DNA of 64,000 bases from Pelagibacteraceae bacterium AG-426-M19 (GCA_003210025.1 QCNW01000006.1:23077-87076); one strand, 5' to 3'. Shown: positions 48,044-58,635, counted from the first letter of the stretch. Notes: generated by a model from the letters alone, not told the origin. Numbers and translations: made by a program.

Positions 48044-49141
48044 GACGTAGGGCTCGGGTCTTGCAGAGCTATTTAATACTCTTTCGACTGCGAAAACACT
48101 AATATCTATAGTTTGATAACTGCCTGTAGTTATTAATTCAGTTAGAGCTCTACCAATTCCTGGTGCTTGCATTAAACCTCTGCCGGTAAATCCTGAGGCC
48201 ATGTAAACATTTTCATATTTTGGATGTTTTCCAACTACAGCATTATTATCTAATTTGTTACAATCATAATATCCAGCCCATCCACCTGTTAACTTTAGTT
48301 CTTCAAATGCTGGTATTCTTTTTGCAAGAGCAGGCCAAACTAATTCTTCAAAATCATTCCATGCAGGTTCCAGATCCTCTGCATCAAAAACCGAAATTGG
48401 AGAACCTGCCAAATATTCTTTTCCTTCTGGTCGCCAATATACTCCTGTTGTTAGATCTCCGGATAATGGCATCTCTGGAATATGTTTAGGGCATTTAACT
48501 CTAAAGACTGTATGTTTTTGAGGTACTACAGGAATATCTTCAAGTAGTTCCTTAGTCCAACACCCAGCAGCGGAAATAATTGTCTTTGCATTAATTTCGG
48601 AAAGGCTCTTTACTTCTCCCTTAATAAATTTTGCCCCAAGATCAATTGCTTTATGCTTTAAAGCACTATGAAATAAAAATGGATCTATCCATCCCTCACT
48701 TTTGTTATCAGTAAATGTTGCGGTTTCAATTCCTTCATCATTAATGTAAGGAAAATAGTTTTTTAATTCAGAACCTTTAATATTTTTTGTACCCGCTTCA
48801 CATTCTTTATGATTTTCTAAAGCTCTGTATTGCTCTTCTGCATGATCTGGACCAAACATTAGAAGGTATCCATTGGGTACCATACTAGCTGTTGGATTTG
48901 GATTTTTTTCAGTTTTCAATAATTCTGGTATTTGAAATATAAATTCCCTTGCAAATTTCCCTAAAAGAATATTTTCTTTTTGAAAAAACTGCCGTCTAAA
49001 TCCACCAAGTGATAATGGGAATGATGCGGTTTTATAAGTTGGATCCCTTTCAATAACTTTTACTTTTCTGCCTTCTTTGGACATAAAGTATGCAGTTGCA
49101 GCTCCAATTATACCACCACCTACTATTACAACATCATCCAT
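48038..49141 (-). CDS. FAD-dependent oxidoreductase (DAO/SoxB/FOXRED1-like)
   Basis: VGGGIIG, IERDPTY, SLGGFRRQF, EGWIDP, WAGYYD, GFTGRGLMQAPGIGR. Confidence 0.88.
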   Translation of the reverse strand: MDDVVIVGGGIIGAATAYFMSKEGRKVKVIERDPTYKTASFPLSLGGFRRQFFQKENILLGKFAREFIFQIPELLKTEKNPNPTASMVPNGYLLMFGPDHAEEQYRALENHKECEAGTKNIKGSELKNYFPYINDEGIETATFTDNKSEGWIDPFLFHSALKHKAIDLGAKFIKGEVKSLSEINAKTIISAAGCWTKELLEDIPVVPQKHTVFRVKCPKHIPEMPLSGDLTTGVYWRPEGKEYLAGSPISVFDAEDLEPAWNDFEELVWPALAKRIPAFEELKLTGGWAGYYDCNKLDNNAVVGKHPKYENVYMASGFTGRGLMQAPGIGRALTELITTGSYQTIDISVFAVERVLNSSARPEPYVL

Positions 49142-49142
49142 A

Positions 49143-49610
49143 TTAGTTTATCAAAAAAATGTTTATATTTAAAAGCAATGCAAAACAACACCATAACAAA
49201 TATGGAATCATTAAGTACATGCTTAATAGACTTATATTCTTATATTTAAATACCAATAAAACAATAAATATAATTAACACAACAAGATTTAAAATTGCTA
49301 AAGAAATATTATGGAAACCAAAGAAAACAACACTCCAAGTTGTATTAAAAAAAAGATGAATGAAATATAAAAATACAATATTTAAATTTTTTGTGTTTTT
49401 ATGCCACGCATTCCATATGGCTATTGTCATAAATAAATAAAGTAATGTCCATACTGGCCCAAATATCCAATCTGGTGGATTGTATTGAGGTTTAGATAAA
49501 TTTGAATACCAAGGTTCCTTAAAATTTATAGTAACCAAACCTCCAATAAATGATGCTGAAAACGTAGTAATTGCAAAGAGAATAAAAGATAAAATTTTAT
49601 TTTTTATCAT
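49143..49610 (-). CDS. tspO: TspO/MBR tryptophan-rich sensory protein
   Basis: WYSNLSKP..NPPDWIFGPVWTLLY, WS.VFFG, LMIPYLLW. Confidence 0.93.
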   Translation of the reverse strand: MIKNKILSFILFAITTFSASFIGGLVTINFKEPWYSNLSKPQYNPPDWIFGPVWTLLYLFMTIAIWNAWHKNTKNLNIVFLYFIHLFFNTTWSVVFFGFHNISLAILNLVVLIIFIVLLVFKYKNISLLSMYLMIPYLLWCCFALLLNINIFLIN

Positions 49611-49634
49611 TTAAGTACTATACAGCAGTTAAAT

Positions 49635-50393
49635 ATGAATAAAAAAGTAATTTGGATCACCGGCGGGAGTACGGGAATTGGCAAAGCACTTGCATTAAAA
49701 TTTGCTAATAATGGATGGACAGTTGCTATTTCTGCAAGAAGAGAAAATTTATTGAAAGAAATTGAAGATAAGCATCAAAATATTAAATCTTTTCCTCTTG
49801 ATGTAAATGATAAGGAAAAGTGTAAGTCTGTTTTTGAAAATATAAAAAAGGAACTTGGGGATATTGAAATTTGTTTTTTTTCTACAGGTACCTGGGATCC
49901 AAAAAAGGAAAGAGAAATTGATGTAGAACAAATTGAAAATGTATTTAAGATTAACTTTTTTGGAACATTAAATTGTATAAAGGCAGTTGAAACTCATTTT
50001 CGTGAACGAGAAAAAGGTATCATTACCATTGTATCTTCAATTGCAGGGTACAAAGGCTTACCTAATTCAAGTGGTTATGGACCATCCAAAGCAGCTTTAA
50101 GCAATCTTGCTGAAAGTCTACATTTTGATTTTGGAAGATATGGCGTGAGAGTTTGTTTAGTTTCTCCAGGTTTTATCAAAACACCAATGACTGATAAGAA
50201 TGATTTTAAGATGCCTTTTCTTAAAACTCCAGAATTCTCGGCGGACAAAATTTATGATGGGCTTATTAATGGTTCTAATTTTGAAATACATTACCCAAAA
50301 GAATTAACTTTGATCCTTAAATTTTTAAAAATAATTCCTGATCGACTATATTTTTATTTAATACGAAAATTAACTAAACTACAAAAAAAATAA
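49635..50393 (+). CDS. Short-chain dehydrogenase/reductase
   Basis: WITGGSTGIG, SSIAGYKGLP, YGPSKAA, SPGFIKTPMT. Confidence 0.9.
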   Translation: MNKKVIWITGGSTGIGKALALKFANNGWTVAISARRENLLKEIEDKHQNIKSFPLDVNDKEKCKSVFENIKKELGDIEICFFSTGTWDPKKEREIDVEQIENVFKINFFGTLNCIKAVETHFREREKGIITIVSSIAGYKGLPNSSGYGPSKAALSNLAESLHFDFGRYGVRVCLVSPGFIKTPMTDKNDFKMPFLKTPEFSADKIYDGLINGSNFEIHYPKELTLILKFLKIIPDRLYFYLIRKLTKLQKK

Positions 50394-50395
50394 AA

Positions 50396-50944
50396 TTAAT
50401 CTTTAACAAACATTACAGTCAACTCAGCGACTTTAATTCCAAATTTTGTCATTTTCGCTCTGTTGATAGCTACTCTTTCGTCTTGCATAAATATCCAATC
50501 ATCAAAAGTAATTTTGATATTTTTTCCTTTCACTGGAACTAACAAAACATACTCAAATTTAAATGCTGGGCCATATGAATACCCCCTAGCCTTACCAACT
50601 ACATCGCCTGCAGTTCCCTCATAATTATGTTCATCAATTTTATCTATTACCCATTGCCTATTTTGTATTTCACCATCATTCCAAATAAATTTTTCGTCTA
50701 ATATAAGTTGTTTGCCATCCCACTTGCCGTCCAGGTCCGCTGAAAATTGTCTTGTAACTTTACCTGATCTGTTTTGTAATATGCCCCAAGCTTTGACGTT
50801 TCCGCTTAAATATTCTTCAATTATTAATCTTGGTTTTTGATCTTTAAAATCTTCTGGTTTCATAGATTGATTATTTATACAGCTTGTAATTAATCCTGTA
50901 AAAATTATCAATAAAAATACTTTAAAAAATTTTTTGTTAATCAT
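50396..50944 (-). CDS. DUF3833-family lipoprotein
   Basis: Lipobox-like ITSC; YLSGNVKAWG, LDEKF, GTAGDVVG, FDDW. Confidence 0.85.
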   Translation of the reverse strand: MINKKFFKVFLLIIFTGLITSCINNQSMKPEDFKDQKPRLIIEEYLSGNVKAWGILQNRSGKVTRQFSADLDGKWDGKQLILDEKFIWNDGEIQNRQWVIDKIDEHNYEGTAGDVVGKARGYSYGPAFKFEYVLLVPVKGKNIKITFDDWIFMQDERVAINRAKMTKFGIKVAELTVMFVKD

Positions 50945-50945
50945 A

Positions 50946-52127
50946 TTAAATTTTATTTTGCATGGAAAATTGAATTAAATCTATATTCTTCGATTTAAAC
51001 CCTGCTTCACAATATGACAAATAAAAATGCCACATACGTTTAAATTTATTATCAAATCCATGTTTTGAAATCTCTTCCCATTTTTTTAGGAATTCATCTT
51101 TCCATATTTTTAAGGTACTAGAATAGTGAGATCCATATGACTCATATTTTTTAATTTCTAAACCGTTGCTACTAGATAAATCATATAATTTTTTTTTTGA
51201 TGGCAAAAAACCTCCAGGAAATATGTATTTTTGTATAAAGTCTTCTTTAGTTTTGTATCTGTCAAATAAACTATCATCGATTGTTATAGCTTGTATCGCA
51301 GCCCTTCCGTTCTCAGATAAATTTTTTTTAATACTTTTAAAATAATTGACTAAATAATTTTGCCCAACCGCTTCTATCATTTCTATAGATGCGATAGAGT
51401 CGTATTTATCTTTTACATCTCTATAATCTTTCAAAAATATATTCACTTTCTCATTCAATCCATTTTCAAATATTCTTTTTTTTGAAAATTCAAATTGCTC
51501 TTTAGAGATTGTTATACAATCTAATTTTACATCATAATTTTTACCCACATATTCTGCAAAACCACCCCAGCCACAGCCAATTTCTAAAATTTTATTTCCT
51601 ACGTTTGGCTTTATTAATTCTATAAGCTTTTTATATTTATTTAATTGAGCAGAAAATAAATCATCTTTTTGTTCTTCAAAAATTGCACTTGAATAAGTAA
51701 GTGAAGGATCTAACCATAATGAAAAGAAATCATTTCCTAAATCATAATGTTTCGAAATATTTTTCTTACTTCTACTTTTATTATTTTTTATGAAAATACT
51801 CTTTAGTTTATTAATCATTGATAAATCCAAAATACCTGAAAATTTATAAACAATTTTTATATTTTTAGCTGTTATTTCTATTAGATTAGTTAAATTATCT
51901 GTTTCAAATTCATTTCGCATGTAGGCTTCTGCAAGTCCTACACTTCCTGATTTTATTATTTGTAGAGTTAAACCTGGTTTGTTGATTTTAATCTTTGCTC
52001 TTAACAATTCACTCTCATTACCAAACTTATATATTTTGTTGTCATGATTTTGAATTTCAAGAAATCCGTGCTTTATTAGTTTGAGAGAATTAAATACAAT
52101 TTTATCTGACAAAAAATTAAAGTTCAT
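50946..52127 (-). CDS. cfa: Cyclopropane-fatty-acyl-phospholipid synthase family methyltransferase
   Basis: HYDLGNDFF, LTYSSA, LEIGCGWGG, SIEMIEAVG, YIFPGGFLP, W.FYLSYCEAGF. Confidence 0.92.
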   Translation of the reverse strand: MNFNFLSDKIVFNSLKLIKHGFLEIQNHDNKIYKFGNESELLRAKIKINKPGLTLQIIKSGSVGLAEAYMRNEFETDNLTNLIEITAKNIKIVYKFSGILDLSMINKLKSIFIKNNKSRSKKNISKHYDLGNDFFSLWLDPSLTYSSAIFEEQKDDLFSAQLNKYKKLIELIKPNVGNKILEIGCGWGGFAEYVGKNYDVKLDCITISKEQFEFSKKRIFENGLNEKVNIFLKDYRDVKDKYDSIASIEMIEAVGQNYLVNYFKSIKKNLSENGRAAIQAITIDDSLFDRYKTKEDFIQKYIFPGGFLPSKKKLYDLSSSNGLEIKKYESYGSHYSSTLKIWKDEFLKKWEEISKHGFDNKFKRMWHFYLSYCEAGFKSKNIDLIQFSMQNKI

Positions 52128-52891
52128 TCTTTTTCAAAAGTAATATTATTTTTTATTTTTATATTTTTTCTTACTAACTTAACTCCCTTTAACCATAATT
52201 TTAATGCTTCAAAATGGATTGCGGCAATAACTTTAAAGGTCATTAAAGGGTGAGAAATATAAGATATAAGGATATTTTTATTGTTAATTTCTTTTGCAAC
52301 CCCATCTTGTGAAGCATATAGCAATTTTCCTTCCTTATCACTTTGATCAATTATTACGGATAACATTTTTTCAGGTTTAAGGATTCTAAAAATGTATTTA
52401 CTTTTCATTTCAATAAATGGTGAAACGAAAAACTTCTTCTCACAGCTATTTGTAATTATTTTTTCGTCTTTGACTTTAAATATATAAGTATGTTGCTCAC
52501 CAAATGTATTTTTAACTTCATACAATATAGCTATAATTTTTGAATGATTATCATAAACGAAAAAAATACTTAATGGATTAAATACGTAACCGAATATTCT
52601 AGGATAACAAAGTAATTTTACCTTTATATTTTCAAATTGAATGTTGTTTAATTTTAAATTTTCTATTACCCAGGCTTTTAAATCACTACCATCTCTAGGT
52701 CCGTGATCTTTGTCATAAAAACTTAAAATATTAAAACTATTGTTAGAAAAAATTTTAATTTTTTTTTGTATCAAATTAATTTCATCAAGATCTAAAAATA
52801 GTGAAAAAACGTTGTATTTAAAAAAGTGATATTTTGGCTTAAATCTTTTATGAATTACTTTACCTTCGTAAATATTGGAATTTTTAATCAT
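52124..52891 (-). CDS. DUF1365-family protein
   Basis: HKRFKP, DHG, PRIFGYVFNPLS, YEVKNTFGE.H, FFVSPF, IHFEALKLWLKG. Confidence 0.9.
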   Translation of the reverse strand: MIKNSNIYEGKVIHKRFKPKYHFFKYNVFSLFLDLDEINLIQKKIKIFSNNSFNILSFYDKDHGPRDGSDLKAWVIENLKLNNIQFENIKVKLLCYPRIFGYVFNPLSIFFVYDNHSKIIAILYEVKNTFGEQHTYIFKVKDEKIITNSCEKKFFVSPFIEMKSKYIFRILKPEKMLSVIIDQSDKEGKLLYASQDGVAKEINNKNILISYISHPLMTFKVIAAIHFEALKLWLKGVKLVRKNIKIKNNITFEKE

Positions 52892-54122
52892 TTAGGTTTT
52901 CAATCATATTAATGGATGATTTTATTCCATCTTCATGAAAACCGTAACCAAAATAACTTCCACAAAACAATACATTTCTTTTATTTTGTATTTCTTTTAA
53001 TAATTTTTGATTATTCAAAGCATCTTGATCAAAATAAGGGTGTGTAAAAGTAACTTTTTGTAAGACTTTTTTTTGATCTATTTCAAAAAAAGGATTTAAG
53101 GTTAAGAAAATATTTTTTTCTGTTTTCAGATTTTGTAATAAGTTAAGCCAATAGGTAAGCGATGTTTTACTAATATCTAACTTATCAATTGAGGAATTCC
53201 ATGAAGACCAAACTTTTTTATTATTTGGCATACATACATCATCAGTATGTATTACTGCTAGATTGGATTTATATTTAAAATTTGAAAGTATTTTTTTTTC
53301 ATCATCAGTCGGCTCGCTCAAAATTTTCAATGCATCATCTGCATGAGTAGCGATAACAACTTTATCATAGTCAAAAAATTCGTTGCTAGCACCATAATAT
53401 ACTTGAACACCAATTTTATTTCTTTTTATCGAATTAATTTTATAATTTTTAAAATATTCTCCACTTATTTGAGTTAATACTTTCTCTACATAAGTTCTAC
53501 TTCTGTTGGTGACTGTGTACCATTGTGGTCTATTTTTTAATTTAAAAAGTCCATGATTTTGAAAAAATTTTAAGAAAAATTTAATTGGCATTTGATTTGC
53601 TTCTACTGGTGGCATAGACCAGATGGCAGAAACCATTGGGATTAGATGAAAATTAATAAAATTTTTTGACCATTTATTTTTTTCAAGAAATTCACCAAGA
53701 GTAATTTCTTCATTTAAACTTTTAATTTGATCACACTTTTTGTAGAAATTTATAATATCAAAAAACATTTTTAAAAATTTTAAATTAAAAAGATTAGCTT
53801 TATTTGCAAAAATTCCGTTTAGGCCTCTGCCACAATATTCATAATTTGTATCTTTTACAGAAACAGAAAACGACATATCACTTTTTTCAATTTCAATTTT
53901 TAATTCATTAAAAAAATTTATGAGATTTGGATAAGTTTCATGATTAAAAACAATAAAACCAATATCTACAGGAACTTTTTTACCATTAATAAAAGTGTCT
54001 ATGGTATATGAATGACCACCAAAATGATCTTCACTTTCAAATAAATCAACATGATGTTTTTTAGAAAGCTTTTGTGCTGCTGATAAACCAGAGATTCCTG
54101 ATCCAATTACTGCAATTCGCAT
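52884..54122 (-). CDS. FAD-dependent oxidoreductase (flavin amine oxidase-like) of the cfa/DUF1365 cluster
   Basis: IAVIGSGISGL, FGGHS, VDIGFIVFN..TYPN, HAD.AL, GSYFGYGFHEDG. Confidence 0.9.
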   Translation of the reverse strand: MRIAVIGSGISGLSAAQKLSKKHHVDLFESEDHFGGHSYTIDTFINGKKVPVDIGFIVFNHETYPNLINFFNELKIEIEKSDMSFSVSVKDTNYEYCGRGLNGIFANKANLFNLKFLKMFFDIINFYKKCDQIKSLNEEITLGEFLEKNKWSKNFINFHLIPMVSAIWSMPPVEANQMPIKFFLKFFQNHGLFKLKNRPQWYTVTNRSRTYVEKVLTQISGEYFKNYKINSIKRNKIGVQVYYGASNEFFDYDKVVIATHADDALKILSEPTDDEKKILSNFKYKSNLAVIHTDDVCMPNNKKVWSSWNSSIDKLDISKTSLTYWLNLLQNLKTEKNIFLTLNPFFEIDQKKVLQKVTFTHPYFDQDALNNQKLLKEIQNKRNVLFCGSYFGYGFHEDGIKSSINMIENLND

Positions 54123-54127
54123 TAAGG

Positions 54128-56998
54128 TTATGCTGCGTCTTCTTTAAACTCATCCATGCTTGGACATGTGCAGAATATATTTTTATCTCCATAAACATTG
54201 TCTACCCGAGCAACTGGAGGCCAAAATTTGTTTTTTTTTAAAAAACTTGCAGGATACGCTGCTTCTTGTCTTGAATATTTATGTTGCCATACATCTGATG
54301 ATAATTCAGTATCAGTGTGAGGAGCGTTTTTAATTGGATTATCAATTTTATCAAATTCACCTGATTTAATTTTTTCAATTTCTTGTTTAATCTTAATTAA
54401 AGTGTCACAAAATCTGTCTATTTCTGATAACCCTTCACTTTCAGTTGGCTCTATCATCATAGTGCCAGCTACAGGCCATGACATAGTTGGTGCGTGAAAT
54501 CCAAAATCTATCATTCTTTTCGCAATATCTTCTTCAGTTACCCCTGTTTCAGATTTAATATTTCTAATATCAATTATGCACTCATGTGCAACATTGCCAT
54601 TTGCACCTTTGTATAAAATTGGAAAGTGATCTTTTAGTCTATGAGCAATATAATTTGCGTTTAAAATTGCAACTTGAGTAGCAAGCTTTAATCCTTCTGA
54701 TCCCATCATTTTAATATACATCCAAGAGATTGATAAAATACTTGAGCTCCCCCAAGGAGCTGCTGATACTGCTCCAATTCCACTTGTTGGTCCGCAATCT
54801 TTTATTACTGGATGATTAGGCAGATAAACTTGTAAATGTTTTTTACAAGCTATAGGTCCCATTCCAGGTCCACCACCACCGTGTGGAATACAAAATGTTT
54901 TATGCAGATTAATATGACAAACATCTGGACCAAAATTTCCAGGCTTTGCAACTCCAACAAGGGCATTTAAATTTGCTCCATCCATATATACCTGTCCACC
55001 ATGTTTATGAACTAACTCACAAATATCAGTTATTTTTTCCTCAAACACTCCATGGGTAGATGGGTAAGTTACCATTAAAGCTGCGAGATTTTCTGAATGT
55101 TGCTCTACTTTTTTCCTTAAATCATCGAAATCTACATTTCCTTCTTTATCACAATTAACAACAACCACTTTCATTCCAACCATTTGTGCGCTTGCTGGAT
55201 TTGTGCCATGCGCCGAACTTGGGATTAAACATATATTACGATGAGCTTCATCTCTATCTAAGTGGTACTTTCTTATAACCATTAGACCTGCATATTCTCC
55301 TTGAGCGCCTGCATTAGGTTGTAGAGAGACACCAGAAAAACCTGTTATAGATCTCAACCAATTTTTTAAATCAGTAAACAAATCTCTAAAACCTTCCATT
55401 TGTTCAACTGGAACAAAAGGATGAGGTTCTGCAAATTCTTTCCAAGAAATCGGGATCATTTCAGCAGCTGCATTTAACTTCATTGTGCACGAACCAAGTG
55501 CTATCATAGTTCTATTCAATGCTATATCCTTATCCTCTAACTTTTTAAGATATCTAAGCATTTCAGTCTCTGAATGATATAAGTTAAAAATTGGATGCTC
55601 CAAATATTTTGAAGTTCTAAGTAAATTTTTTGGTAAATTAGGTAATTTAATTGAAGGATCCTCTTTTTTTATTGACTCTGCTGCATTAAAAATTTTTAAT
55701 AATTGATTTACTCTATATACGTTTTTTCTCTCATCAAAAGAGACAGCAAGCGTTTCAGAATTTACTTTTCGTATATTAACTTTCTGATTTAGAGCGTTTT
55801 TATAAATTTGATCAGTCTTTTCTTTAGTAATAATTGTAACAGTATCAAAAAAATAATCAGAATAAATTTCATAACCTGACTGTTTTATTTTATCAGCAAA
55901 ACTTTTTGCTAATTGAGAGACTCTTTCAGAAATATTTTTAATTCCATCTGGACCATGATAAATAGCATATGCTGCTGAAACAATTGCTAATAAAGCTTGA
56001 GCAGTACAAATATTGCTTGTCGCCTTATCTCTTCTGATGTGTTGCTCTCTAGTTTGTAATGATAATCTGTATGCCTTGTTACCGTGTCTATCAACTGAGA
56101 CACCAACAATTCTCCCAGGCATCGATCTCTTATACTCATCTTTAGTTGCAAAAAATGCTGCGTGTGGACCTCCATACCCCATTGGAATTCCAAATCGCTG
56201 AGAGCTTCCAACTGCTATATCAGCACCAAGCTCTCTTGGTGTTTTTAATTTTGCTAACGCTAATAAATCACAAGCTAATACAGCCTTACCGCTCCTTTTA
56301 TGAATTTTGCTAATTGCTTCACTTGGATCTTTAATATCTCCTAAAGTTCCAGGATATTGTAAAATTCCACAAACTAGATCTTCTTTTAATTGGTCTAATA
56401 CTTCATCTTCTTTTCCAACTAAAACTTTTAAACCCATCGGTTCAGCTCTAGTTTGAATTACATTTATTGTTTGAGGATGGCAATCCTCAGATACAAAAAC
56501 TAAATTGCTGTCTTTTTTATTTAATCTATGACTAAGACCCATAGCTTCTGCTGCAGCTGTGCCTTCATCCAATAAAGAAGCATTAGCGATATCCATTCCA
56601 GTAAAATCAACAATCATTTGTTGAAAGTTTAATAACATCTCAAGTCTTCCTTGAGCTACTTCAGGCTGATAAGGTGTATATGATGTGTACCAACCAGGAT
56701 TTTCTAAAATATTTCTTAAAATGACATATGGCGTATACGTCCCATAATAACCCATTCCAATAAAATTTGAGTAAACATGATTTTTTTTTGAAATTGCTCT
56801 TAATTTTCTTAGCGCTTCATATTCTGAATTAGACTCTCCGATATTTAGCTCACCTTTAAACATTATTTTTTCTGGAACAGTGTTATTCATTAAATCATCT
56901 ATTGATTGATAATTTAATTCTTTTAACATTTTTAATTGGTCTTCTTTAGAAGGTCCGATGTGTCTTTTTATAAAATCTTTTTCTGAATTTGGTAACAT
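54128..56998 (-). CDS. gcvP: Glycine dehydrogenase (P protein)
   Basis: FIKRHIGP, YTPYQPEVAQGRLE, ATSNICTAQALLA, LGSCTMKLN, NLHKTF, PHGGGGPG. Confidence 0.98.
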   Translation of the reverse strand: MLPNSEKDFIKRHIGPSKEDQLKMLKELNYQSIDDLMNNTVPEKIMFKGELNIGESNSEYEALRKLRAISKKNHVYSNFIGMGYYGTYTPYVILRNILENPGWYTSYTPYQPEVAQGRLEMLLNFQQMIVDFTGMDIANASLLDEGTAAAEAMGLSHRLNKKDSNLVFVSEDCHPQTINVIQTRAEPMGLKVLVGKEDEVLDQLKEDLVCGILQYPGTLGDIKDPSEAISKIHKRSGKAVLACDLLALAKLKTPRELGADIAVGSSQRFGIPMGYGGPHAAFFATKDEYKRSMPGRIVGVSVDRHGNKAYRLSLQTREQHIRRDKATSNICTAQALLAIVSAAYAIYHGPDGIKNISERVSQLAKSFADKIKQSGYEIYSDYFFDTVTIITKEKTDQIYKNALNQKVNIRKVNSETLAVSFDERKNVYRVNQLLKIFNAAESIKKEDPSIKLPNLPKNLLRTSKYLEHPIFNLYHSETEMLRYLKKLEDKDIALNRTMIALGSCTMKLNAAAEMIPISWKEFAEPHPFVPVEQMEGFRDLFTDLKNWLRSITGFSGVSLQPNAGAQGEYAGLMVIRKYHLDRDEAHRNICLIPSSAHGTNPASAQMVGMKVVVVNCDKEGNVDFDDLRKKVEQHSENLAALMVTYPSTHGVFEEKITDICELVHKHGGQVYMDGANLNALVGVAKPGNFGPDVCHINLHKTFCIPHGGGGPGMGPIACKKHLQVYLPNHPVIKDCGPTSGIGAVSAAPWGSSSILSISWMYIKMMGSEGLKLATQVAILNANYIAHRLKDHFPILYKGANGNVAHECIIDIRNIKSETGVTEEDIAKRMIDFGFHAPTMSWPVAGTMMIEPTESEGLSEIDRFCDTLIKIKQEIEKIKSGEFDKIDNPIKNAPHTDTELSSDVWQHKYSRQEAAYPASFLKKNKFWPPVARVDNVYGDKNIFCTCPSMDEFKEDAA

Positions 56999-57378
56999 TA
57001 TGCTGATGTCTCCTTTGCAAATTTTTCATATTCCTCTTTGTTCATAAGAGTGTCCATTTCGGTTTTGTCTTTTATTTTTAGTTTAAAAAACCATGCAGAC
57101 TCCTCTGGGTCTTCATTTATTTTTGATGGATCATCAACTATCATTTGATTTGTATCTATAACTTCTCCACTAACAGGAGTGTAAACATCACTTGCAGCTT
57201 TTGTTGACTCAACAACTCCAGCAGTTCCATCTTTATCAACATTTGAACCTTTCTCTGGGAGTTCAGCAAATACTATATCCCCAAGCATTTCTGTTGCATG
57301 CTTAGTTATTCCAATTGTAGCTTCTTCTCCATCTAATTTAATCCACTCATGTTCTTTCGAATATTTAACTTCAGACAT
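56998..57378 (-). CDS. gcvH: Glycine cleavage H protein
   Basis: [22 protein letters not shown] (lipoyl Lys). Confidence 0.97.
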   Translation of the reverse strand: MSEVKYSKEHEWIKLDGEEATIGITKHATEMLGDIVFAELPEKGSNVDKDGTAGVVESTKAASDVYTPVSGEVIDTNQMIVDDPSKINEDPEESAWFFKLKIKDKTEMDTLMNKEEYEKFAKETSA

Positions 57379-58477
57379 TAATTTCCCCTTTTACATAATT
57401 TTTTTTATAAAACGGTAAGTTACAAATATTTGCAGGAATCTTTTTTCCTCTAACTTCAAGAAATATTTTTGTATTTACAGTTGAATAGCTATTATCGACA
57501 TATCCCATTGCTATTGGATGTTCAACGCTTGGTCCAAATGTACCACTTGTTACTTTCCCAATTTCTTGGTTTTTATCATTGTAAATTTTTGTATTTTCTC
57601 TGGCAATTACTTTGCTATCTGGTTTTATACCAACTCTTAATTTTTTTACTCCACTTTGAAATTGGTTTTTTAAAACTTCTGATCCAACAAATTCAGTCTC
57701 AATTCTACTCTTAGGTATTGCCCATTTTAGATTAGCTTCGATAGGACTGGTATCGTTGTCTAAATCATTTCCATATAAACACAGTCCAGCTTCCATTCTT
57801 AATGTATCTCTTGCTCCTAAACCAATCAATTTAGATCCATTTTCTATCAAACTTTCTACAAAAATTTCAGCATCACTATGTTTTATGGAAATTTCAAATC
57901 CATCCTCACCAGTATATCCTGATCTAGTTATGTATACTTTTCCATTGTTATATACATAATTATTTCCGCTCATAAATTTTAGATTGTCACAACCAGGTAT
58001 TACTTTATTTAAAACATTTTTTGCTTCAGGGCCCTGTAATGCAATTAATGACAATGACTCATCTAGATTTAATTTATATTGATTATCAAGTTTGGATTTT
58101 ATTACTTCATAATCATTATACTTACATGCGGCATTCAAAATAATTAAAAATCCATCATATGTTTTAGTAATTATCAGATCGTCCTGAATACCTCCTTTGT
58201 TATTCATTAAAAATGAATACTTGCTTTGATTAGTTTTTAATTTTTTCAGATCTGCAGGAAAAATCTTCTCAAGATTATTTGTAAGATCATCTCCACCCGA
58301 TATAAATAATTGACCCATATGAGAAACATCAAAAATACCAGAGTGTGACCGTGTATATTTATGTTCTTGTATAATTCCATCTTTATATTGAATGGGCATT
58401 TGATATCCAGCAAACTCAACAAGCTTTGCACCATACTTGATGTGGAGATTATTTAATGATGTTTTTTTTATACTCAT
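57371..58477 (-). CDS. gcvT: Glycine cleavage T protein
   Basis: [45 protein letters not shown]. Confidence 0.97.
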   Translation of the reverse strand: MSIKKTSLNNLHIKYGAKLVEFAGYQMPIQYKDGIIQEHKYTRSHSGIFDVSHMGQLFISGGDDLTNNLEKIFPADLKKLKTNQSKYSFLMNNKGGIQDDLIITKTYDGFLIILNAACKYNDYEVIKSKLDNQYKLNLDESLSLIALQGPEAKNVLNKVIPGCDNLKFMSGNNYVYNNGKVYITRSGYTGEDGFEISIKHSDAEIFVESLIENGSKLIGLGARDTLRMEAGLCLYGNDLDNDTSPIEANLKWAIPKSRIETEFVGSEVLKNQFQSGVKKLRVGIKPDSKVIARENTKIYNDKNQEIGKVTSGTFGPSVEHPIAMGYVDNSYSTVNTKIFLEVRGKKIPANICNLPFYKKNYVKGEINV

Positions 58478-58495
58478 ATTAACTCTTAAAGCCCC

Positions 58496-58635
58496 CTCTG
58501 TCTTTTTGCCTGAGAGATTTGCTCCTTCGGCGAGAATAATTCTCTTTCCAGAGTTAATATGTACGGTCCGTTTGCCTGAGAGTTTCCGGGGTGGTTGCTC
58601 CTTCGGCAGGTTTTATTTCAAACCATTCTCCCGTA
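58496..58635 (-). ncRNA. Tandem glycine riboswitch upstream of gcvT
   Basis: Aptamer 1 (58635-58562) ACGGGAGA...GCCGAAGGAGCAA...CUCUCAGGCAAACGGACCGUA; aptamer 2 (58553-58496) CUCUGGAAAG...GCCGAAGGAGCAAAUCUCUCAGGCAAAAAGACAGAG. Confidence 0.97.
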
